Shown: positions 24,923 through 31,968 of the stretch, in pieces
How positions within the stretch are numbered: the stretch's first letter is position 1
Layout: each line of letters starts with the position of its first letter
Assembly (NCBI GenBank): GCA_031289865.1
Contig: JAITOQ010000008.1
Location: 1-31,968 of the forward strand
Reading direction: 5' to 3'
From: Clostridiales bacterium
GTDB lineage: Bacteria > Bacillota > Clostridia > Christensenellales > JAISNN01
Length of the DNA: 31,968 bases
The notes under the pieces: model-generated
What the model saw: only the letters and a program-made list of their open reading frames with translations
What the model was told of the DNA's origin: nothing
The model's database searches: none
Translations under genes and position numbers: made by a program

Positions 24923-27900
24923 TTACCACTTCCGTGCCGGTCTTGTTACATCCTTTTTGATTTCCACGATAGGTTCTATTTTCTTTACCGCTTGTTTTGA
25001 CAAGACCTCCGGTTTTTTCAATCCGTTCACGAGATCGATATCGAGCTGACTGCGCGAATCCGGCTTTCTGCCTTTTTTGACGACGCGTTTGATTTCGGTC
25101 TGATTTCCGTAATTTGAGCCGACCTTTAGGCTGACGTCTTGTTCATAGGTTTGTCTGACGTTTTCGACCTTTGCCGCATAGTTATTGAGTTGAGTTGCCC
25201 GTGCTTTTCCGCGGAGAGCTTCGGCGATTTTCCTCTTTTTCACGAGAGCGAGTATGAGCCATAAAAGCCCGCCCGTGGCGGCTGCCGCGCCCGTGCCCGC
25301 GCCTATCGGCACGAATATCGAGGTGAGATACTTTGACTCGACGTCGGCGGCTTCGTAGTTATTCGCATCCTCGTCGTTCGTAAATCTAAAGCTGACGTTG
25401 TAGGTTTTGTAATCGCTGACTTTGGTTTCGGTTCCGTCGATTTCGCCCTCGCCGATATTAAACACATACGCAAGCGACGGATAATCCGATCCCTCTATAA
25501 TCAACTTTGATTTTTCGCGGGTTACTGTGAATGTCACTACCGCTTTTTTGACCGTCACGGTGACGGTTATGTCGTCGGCGTAATAATTCCCGTCCAAAGA
25601 CGCTTCGTCTAACGAATACGTCACCGTATACACGCCCGCTCTCAAGATTTCCGATACCGTCGCGCCGTCGTACGAGATCGTCTTAATTGTCGTCGCCGCC
25701 GTTCCTCCGATCGCTTGTACTGTGCAATTCGGTATCGCAAACGCCGTCCCCGTATAGGTTTGTGTTTCGGAATTCGCCGTGAGCGTAGCTTTTGCTTTAT
25801 TGATTATATAATCCGTGATATAGACCTCTCCGCCCGTAAACAGATTGCGGATTGTGCCTTTTGAGATATCGATATTGACGGTATAGGTTCCCGCGTTGAT
25901 CGGGTCTGCCGTCGCCGCGCTCAAATAGTATGAGAGGTACGCGGTGAGGTCGCCCAAATGCAAGAGTATACCCTTATAGCTGATCACTACCGAAGCGAAT
26001 TGTGTCGCCGAGGTATAAGTCGTCGAGTTTACGGTTATATAAAAGTCCGTGTTGCCCGCGGCGTATTCGAGCGGCGTCACGGTGATTTGTCCGTAGACCG
26101 TTGCGGTGATATTCCCGCCCGCGACCGTCGGCGTTACGTCGTAGTCGCCCGCGTTCAAGTAACCGTTCGCGTCCGACGATTTATCGGAATCTCCCGCGTT
26201 TGACGCCAAGGTAAAGCCTAAAAGAAGCTCCTCCCATACTCCCGCCGCCGGTGCGCCCGAATACGAGCCGTAAGTCTTACCCGCGATAATCGCGCCGATT
26301 GCGTTTTCAAAACCCGTCCCGACCGCCGCGGAGAGCTCCGCCGCCGTCAGTCCCAGATAGCCGCTCTCTTTCACGGTTTCGATACCCCACGCGGCAAAGT
26401 CAAACGCCGCCGCGGTAATCTCACCGACGTTATTCACGGTGAGCGTACCGTTAAAGCCGTTCGCCCATTCCCAATTGCCCGTGTCCAAGAGTTCAAAGGT
26501 GAAAGTAACGGTTTTATTCTTTCCGACGTTTTTGTTGTCGTAGACCGCGCTCACGAGCTTGACGGTACTCGCCGTCAACGTCCCCGTACCGGAGAGCGTC
26601 CAAGTAAAGTAAGTATCGAGATCGATACCCGACGAAGCCGTCGTCACCATAACCGGTAGCCAATCCGCGTCGTATCCGCTGTTTACGACATAGCTTGTCG
26701 CATCGTACACCTTGAGTGTCAAAGCCGTCAGATCACTGCCGCTTATCTCAACCGCACCCGCCTTTGCCTTTGTCACCATGAGGTCCAGCGATAGATCGAC
26801 CGTCACTTTATAGTTTGTATCCGACGACGGCGTAAACGTTACCGTGTAGTTTCCTCCGTCCGATACTGCAAAGATATCTCTTCCGACGACGGGTATAGCC
26901 GCTTTTAGATTGACGGTACCCGTTATCGTTTGACCGTATGACCCGTTCGCCGTCACGGCAAACGAATCGATATCGTCCAATGCCGCCGCCGTCGCCGCTT
27001 GTAGGCTTGTCACAAATAGCGGTGTGATTTCTCCCGCCAATGTCAAAGTAATGTAAGGCATGCCGCTATCGTACACGGTTCCGTCTACCGTAAGTATATA
27101 GCTTGCGGCTTTTAAAAATCTCAACGTAATCGTCACGTTAGGATTTCCCGCGTTCGCGTTGACATACGCCGCTGCCGTGGACACTGAAAACAGTGTGATA
27201 AAGCCGTCATTACCCGCAAATTCTACCTCAAGATAGGTTCCCATTGTGCCGAGGTTGAGCGGTGTTCCCGTTCCCGTATCGTATGCCTTTACCACGTCCG
27301 CGATTTGCGTAATAGTGATTTCCTTTCTGCCAACCGTGAGCGTTAATGATAATCTGTTGGCATAGGTACCGCTATCGCTTACCGTATAGTTGCTGTCCGA
27401 CGACGTAAATAGGACATAATACGTTCCCCCGTCGGATATTTCGAGATATAGCGTACTCTCAATTATCGTTCCCGTCCAAGCTATGCTCCCCGCGACCTCA
27501 TCGCCGTCTATCCCGTATGCCGTTGCCGCCGTCGGCTTTGTCGCGCCGATTATCACCGATATAGGCTTTAATGCTTCGGTTAGGATATACGGATTGATTT
27601 TGACGGTACTGCTCACCGCCCATTCAAAGGTATAGCCGCCGTTCGTGTTTATTACGTTGTAGTTTTGATTTGTATTTGTAGCCGACGTTGAGAGGGTTGC
27701 TTTGGTTGCGCCGTTCACGCCCGAAACATTCACTTTATCGTATACAAAACCGCCGAAGCTTAAGATCGTTCCGAAGCCTTGTCCCGCGAGGAAATCTCCG
27801 CTCGTAACGCTCAAATAATCTCCCCAAACGATATTGCTTCCGTCGACCGCCGTCGTTCCGACCTTGACCGCCGTCCCCTTGTCATATTCCTTTTGTATCG

Positions 27901-30900
27901 TCGGAGCCAAAACCCTATCTATCGTGATATTTATCGGACTGATCGTCGCTTTTGTCGCGCTCTTCGGTAGATCGAATGTAAGCCCGCCCCCGCCGTTTAT
28001 ATTGTAGTTTGAGTTGATAGAGGTCAGAGTGAGCGTCGCTTTGCTGTATGCCGATACGTTTTCATTGTCATACACAAACGAACCGTAACCAAAGACGTCC
28101 GCCCAACTGTGTACCAACACGCCCGAATTATTTACAAATCCTCCCGCGGTCAGCTCCAACAAGCCCCAAATATCGCTTGCCGTCACAACGTTAACGCCGA
28201 TCTTGACCGTCACCCCGCCGTCGTAAGTCTTTGTCACGGAAGCGGAGGTTTTAAACGCTACCGTCAAATCTACCTTATTGATATTGACGCTCCCGCTCGT
28301 TCCGCTTTGTGCCGCGGTGTCAAGTACATAGTTGTTTGCATTTTGCGTTGACGTGAGCGCGATTCCCGATACCGAAATAGTATAACCCGTCCCCGCATTT
28401 ACTCCGGAGTATGTCGCGCTTGTCACCGTAAAGTCGGTGTTGTAAGTGAGGCTGTCGCCGCTGACTATCCCCGTAAAAGTGAGAGTATAGTTCGCGGTAT
28501 AGCTTGCCGTCGCCGACCCGTCGTAGGTCTTGCTTTGCCCGTTCACCGTTACGCCGGTGAGGGTTTTCGGGTTTATCTTAAATTCGATATATTTTGATGC
28601 GTTAAGCGTGACCTTTAGATTTGTAGATTCCGCAAACGTCACACTATAAAACGCCCCGCCCGCTTTTACCCCGTAGTAAGGGTCGCCCGATACGGCGGCG
28701 TTGTCCACAAGCGAGAGCTTGTCGCCCGCATACCAAGCCAAAAACGCAGCTTGTTCCGCGCTTAGCGCGATCTTAGGTGTCGGCGTGTCGTTTGTAACCG
28801 CTGTCGCAAACGCGGACGTGAGCTTTGTCTGATATCCGCTTGCGATTGCCGAATATAACGTCCCGTAAGTATAGGACTCGCGGCTGTCGAGGGTTCCGAG
28901 ACCGGCGACGTCGGTAGCCGCTCCCGCAGCCGAAACATAGACCTTATCGACCGCAACCGCCACGGAGAAAGTTATCGGATTGTAATTGATCGTCCAATTG
29001 ACCGTCCCGTTGAAGCCGTCGCCTATCGTATTATAAGGGCTATAGGTCACCGTATAATAGACCCATGTACTCCCGCCCGTCCAGCTGGTTTGTCCCGCGA
29101 GCGGGTCAAAGGTCGCGACGTGATAGTACGCTCCGTCTTTCTTTATCCAATTTGTAGACCCGCCGTCGATACTCGCTTGCGCGACCGTCGTCCAATTGAT
29201 TTTTCCCGCAATCGAACCCCCGCTCCCCGAAGCCACGGTGTCATTGACCCCGTACATATAATAATATTCGTTGTTGTTGAGCGACGTCCCAAAACCGGGG
29301 TTGACCCGTCGCGTTACCGGATTAGCTTTTGCGATAGTAAAATTGATTACATACGAGCCGTTATATTCTCCCGACCCGCTCGCCTTGCTCTGTACCGTCA
29401 AGGTATATGAGCCGGCGTCCGTCGGCGCGGAGCTTGTAGAAGAATACGCCGTTCCCGCGCTATTCGCCCCCGACCACGTTTTCGAATCTATAGCGCCGTA
29501 TGTATCACCTCGACTCTCATGACCTACCAACGCCAACATGGTAATCGTTTCCGCGACCGTAGGACTTTGAGGCGACCCGTTATAGGTAAAGCTTGTACCC
29601 CCTTGCGCGGGAGCGAAAGGCGCAAATATAGCGTCGATCAATACAAACACTCCGCTACCGCCCGGCTGATCGCTAGTCCTTGCGGAAGGAGTGGCAAATT
29701 GCCATCGCCCGACAGTGATCGTTTGAGTATTCTTGGTATATTGGTCAGACCAATACATTTGAAAATACGAGCCGTTGTCCGACGTAGCCGTATAGGTATA
29801 AGTTGCTTTCATATCGGTTGCCGTAGGAAAATTCACCGCAGCCGCTGCCGTGACATAACCCGCTGACGTAGCAAGATTCCCCGCGATTCCCGTACCCGTC
29901 ACTTTACCGGACGCACTATACCCCACACCGCCATAGTCGTGTCTGCTCCCGACCCTTATCTCGTCGGCTTTTGCATAGGTGTAAGCGACCGATACGCCGT
30001 CAATCCATGTGTTGGCGTATCTGTTACTAGAAGTCGTAGAGTTTCTATAAACCTGCGCGCTAATCAAGAAATAAAGATTAGGGTTTGCCGCAAGAGTCGC
30101 ACCCGGAATCGTTACCCACATCTCCTTTAACGTTGTAGAATCCATCCCATAATTAGGTCTTGTCCCGCTTGCTCCGGTGTTAGAAGAGCGTTGTCGAACA
30201 AGTGGAGAAGTAGCATCTATGTCTGTTGCGTTTGGATTTGTCGATGCAAGCCCCGGCGTAGTCGAATTCCATAATGCCGACCAATAAAGCCAACTAGTCG
30301 CACCTCCTATAACCGTATACGCCGAATATCTGATGTTCACCGACACGGACGTTATCCGTCCCGCAACAAGGGCATCCTTTACAGCTCCGGTGAAGTTTAT
30401 ACTATAACCAGAGTATGACTCCATCGTCTGCGTGTTGTTTGTAAGCTTATGTACCGAATAGACTTCCGTATTAGATGACGGAGGGTCTGAAGCCGTTTGA
30501 TGAGTGTAGTATTTTGCAGAAGATACGTCTATATCGGTGATCGTTGAAAAATCCACACTACCTTTTGCGCTAAATTGAGTACCGTTGCCGCTACTCGTCG
30601 CCACTCCGGTAGCTTCCGTTGTGGTTTCCGACGCACCGAGAATCTGAAGCTCTGCGCAAGCTAAGTATTGACTATTCGTACCCGTTGTTGACTTAACCCG
30701 AAGTGCCACATAACGCACTTTGCGCGCCGTAGGAAATATGACCTTATCCGTTTTTCCGGTTGCGTTTACAGTTGTATCAAAGTTAGGGAAATTAGCATGA
30801 CCGGCACTTGAAGAACCAATCAATGTAAAGTAATTATTCAATGCAGTCGGATTAGTCCCGCTCGTATATAAATTATTTAAATTACTCCAATTAATATCGG

Positions 30901-31549
30901 CATATACTCCCGTTCCCTCTCCCTCTTGTAAACTTGTATATATGTCGTATGTGCTTATACGACCGTTTGCGCTGCTACCCGTTCGTCCGTAATGTAGAAG
31001 TCCTATAACCCATCTCGGCGTACCCAAATCGACAATTATAGTGCATCTATTTACATTTGTCACAATAAAACTACCAATGCCTCCGCTGTTCGCTAACCCG
31101 TATGCCGAACCGTTGACCTCTGCACACGCGTTGATTTCGTTACCGCTACCGCTGCCGCCGCGTGAAAGAAAGGTATCGTTACCGCTCTCAGCGTTCAGAC
31201 CCGAGCCGTCGTTAAGAGCCGCAACCCTTTTATAGGTCGTTGAACCGTTCCCGTCGGGCGCAATCGCCAAAGAGTAGTTGTCAGGCGCTAAGGCTATCGT
31301 ATAATTTGCAAGTCCGCCATAGCCGTAATAAGCATTCGGGTTTGTCGTAGCGTCCCAGTTCGTCAACGCCGCCGCACTTGTAACTCCGCTCTCGCTCTCT
31401 TCAAAATCGACCGCGGAAACCGACCCGCCGCCCAAAAAGCGACCGATCCCCAGCCCCGCAACCGCACTAAACCCGATCGCAAAAATCAAGGCAAATACAA
31501 ATACCTTTAGCCCTAACCGTAACTTTGTTTGTTGTTGTGATTTCTTCAT
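24923..31549 (-). CDS. Giant secreted, membrane-anchored surface protein (2208 aa): signal peptide, F5/8 type C (discoidin/CBM32)-like domain, repeated YDG/MBG-like beta-sandwich stalk, C-terminal TM helix and basic cytoplasmic tail
   Basis: Basic N-terminus + hydrophobic stretch + VSA; HYGR...NGRISTYDIYTS...ARKVRYVALRV...ELQI; repeated K(T/E/A/V)YD motifs; IFVPIGAG...LWLILALVKKRK; GGAG SD. Confidence 0.85.
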   Translation of the reverse strand: MKKSQQQTKLRLGLKVFVFALIFAIGFSAVAGLGIGRFLGGGSVSAVDFEESESGVTSAAALTNWDATTNPNAYYGYGGLANYTIALAPDNYSLAIAPDGNGSTTYKRVAALNDGSGLNAESGNDTFLSRGGSGSGNEINACAEVNGSAYGLANSGGIGSFIVTNVNRCTIIVDLGTPRWVIGLLHYGRTGSSANGRISTYDIYTSLQEGEGTGVYADINWSNLNNLYTSGTNPTALNNYFTLIGSSSAGHANFPNFDTTVNATGKTDKVIFPTARKVRYVALRVKSTTGTNSQYLACAELQILGASETTTEATGVATSSGNGTQFSAKGSVDFSTITDIDVSSAKYYTHQTASDPPSSNTEVYSVHKLTNNTQTMESYSGYSINFTGAVKDALVAGRITSVSVNIRYSAYTVIGGATSWLYWSALWNSTTPGLASTNPNATDIDATSPLVRQRSSNTGASGTRPNYGMDSTTLKEMWVTIPGATLAANPNLYFLISAQVYRNSTTSSNRYANTWIDGVSVAYTYAKADEIRVGSRHDYGGVGYSASGKVTGTGIAGNLATSAGYVTAAAAVNFPTATDMKATYTYTATSDNGSYFQMYWSDQYTKNTQTITVGRWQFATPSARTSDQPGGSGVFVLIDAIFAPFAPAQGGTSFTYNGSPQSPTVAETITMLALVGHESRGDTYGAIDSKTWSGANSAGTAYSSTSSAPTDAGSYTLTVQSKASGSGEYNGSYVINFTIAKANPVTRRVNPGFGTSLNNNEYYYMYGVNDTVASGSGGSIAGKINWTTVAQASIDGGSTNWIKKDGAYYHVATFDPLAGQTSWTGGSTWVYYTVTYSPYNTIGDGFNGTVNWTINYNPITFSVAVAVDKVYVSAAGAATDVAGLGTLDSRESYTYGTLYSAIASGYQTKLTSAFATAVTNDTPTPKIALSAEQAAFLAWYAGDKLSLVDNAAVSGDPYYGVKAGGAFYSVTFAESTNLKVTLNASKYIEFKINPKTLTGVTVNGQSKTYDGSATASYTANYTLTFTGIVSGDSLTYNTDFTVTSATYSGVNAGTGYTISVSGIALTSTQNANNYVLDTAAQSGTSGSVNINKVDLTVAFKTSASVTKTYDGGVTVKIGVNVVTASDIWGLLELTAGGFVNNSGVLVHSWADVFGYGSFVYDNENVSAYSKATLTLTSINSNYNINGGGGLTFDLPKSATKATISPINITIDRVLAPTIQKEYDKGTAVKVGTTAVDGSNIVWGDYLSVTSGDFLAGQGFGTILSFGGFVYDKVNVSGVNGATKATLSTSATNTNQNYNVINTNGGYTFEWAVSSTVKINPYILTEALKPISVIIGATKPTAATAYGIDGDEVAGSIAWTGTIIESTLYLEISDGGTYYVLFTSSDSNYTVSDSGTYANRLSLTLTVGRKEITITQIADVVKAYDTGTGTPLNLGTMGTYLEVEFAGNDGFITLFSVSTAAAYVNANAGNPNVTITLRFLKAASYILTVDGTVYDSGMPYITLTLAGEITPLFVTSLQAATAAALDDIDSFAVTANGSYGQTITGTVNLKAAIPVVGRDIFAVSDGGNYTVTFTPSSDTNYKVTVDLSLDLMVTKAKAGAVEISGSDLTALTLKVYDATSYVVNSGYDADWLPVMVTTASSGIDLDTYFTWTLSGTGTLTASTVKLVSAVYDNKNVGKNKTVTFTFELLDTGNWEWANGFNGTLTVNNVGEITAAAFDFAAWGIETVKESGYLGLTAAELSAAVGTGFENAIGAIIAGKTYGSYSGAPAAGVWEELLLGFTLASNAGDSDKSSDANGYLNAGDYDVTPTVAGGNITATVYGQITVTPLEYAAGNTDFYITVNSTTYTSATQFASVVISYKGILLHLGDLTAYLSYYLSAATADPINAGTYTVNIDISKGTIRNLFTGGEVYITDYIINKAKATLTANSETQTYTGTAFAIPNCTVQAIGGTAATTIKTISYDGATVSEILRAGVYTVTYSLDEASLDGNYYADDITVTVTVKKAVVTFTVTREKSKLIIEGSDYPSLAYVFNIGEGEIDGTETKVSDYKTYNVSFRFTNDEDANNYEAADVESKYLTSIFVPIGAGTGAAAATGGLLWLILALVKKRKIAEALRGKARATQLNNYAAKVENVRQTYEQDVSLKVGSNYGNQTEIKRVVKKGRKPDSRSQLDIDLVNGLKKPEVLSKQAVKKIEPIVEIKKDVTRPARKW

Positions 31550-31586
31550 ACCCTACTCTCCTTATGAAAAAAATGCTTTTCTTTTA

Positions 31587-31707
31587 TTTTTTCGTGGCTT
31601 TTTTGTGATAGACAAGTTGACTTTTTGTTTGTTTTTTCGTGGCTTTTTTGTGATAGACAAGTTGACTTTTTTTGTTTTTTCGTGGCTTTTTTGTGATAGA
31701 CAAGTTG
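31587..31707. repeat. Three copies of a 33-bp direct repeat just upstream of the surface-protein start codon
   Basis: ttttttcgtggcttttttgtgatagacaagttg with cgtggc at 31593, 31638 and 31681 (periods 45 and 43). Confidence 0.9.
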
Positions 31708-31773
31708 CTAAACAAGTTGCTTTTTGTATTATATATATCTACCCTAAAATAGGGATCTATATCAATTGTTGTC

Positions 31774-31968
31774 GTCGCCTACCGACGTTTAACCACCCCG
31801 TCGCTCCGCGCACTTCCACCTAAGGGTGATTTTATGCCGCCTCAACAGTCGCCTACCGACGTTTAACCACCCCGTCGCTCCGCGCACGTCCACCTAAGGG
31901 TGATTTTATGCAGCCTCAACAGTCGCCTACCGACGTTTAACCACCCCGTCGGGCTAAGCCCGCCACCC
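31774..31968 (+). repeat. 74-bp tandem repeat (2 full copies + partial third)
   Basis: gtcgcctaccgacgtttaaccaccccgtcg starts at 31774, 31848 and 31922; the two full units differ at 2 positions. Confidence 0.92.

Noticed and set aside
31587-31707. 33-bp direct repeats as a mini-CRISPR
   Set aside because: Intervening sequences are only 10-12 nt, T-rich and similar to each other
31774-31968. 74-bp periodic repeat as a CRISPR array
   Set aside because: The would-be spacers are near-identical (2 differences), there is no cas gene in the window, and a dispersed inverted copy exists at 24737-24812

Overview
Chromosomal segment of a Bacillota (Clostridia-like) bacterium, judged from sigmaA-type promoters, GGAGG ribosome-binding sites and gene content; the taxonomy is inferred. 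Housekeeping genes: aspS, asnS, a K+-dependent membrane pyrophosphatase, a ClC transporter, MarR plus an M48/YgjP protein, and a heterodimeric ABC exporter pair. Accessory genes: an XRE regulator, two HGSNAT/DUF1624-like membrane proteins, a DIP1984-family gene, a RelBE-type toxin-antitoxin pair, an orphan MuF-like toxin/immunity pair, several unknown membrane proteins and a 2208-aa surface protein. Most notable: (1) a ~210-nt structured RNA with a tRNA-like T-arm between the DIP1984 stop codon and its terminator; (2) a MuF-like toxin/immunity cassette bracketed by inverted REP-like repeats; (3) a 23-aa motif shared by a 65-aa protein and the neighbouring membrane protein; (4) a divergent MetRS-like paralog lacking KMSKS, with a remodelled amino-acid pocket. 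Intergenic DNA is built from several small repeat families (TGTC-type and GTAG-type palindromes, a long AT-rich hairpin, four-unit heptamer arrays, a 74-bp unit), and inverted pairs of these bracket three accessory modules. No rRNA, canonical tRNA, CRISPR array or transposase was found. All family calls are by motif recognition, not database search.
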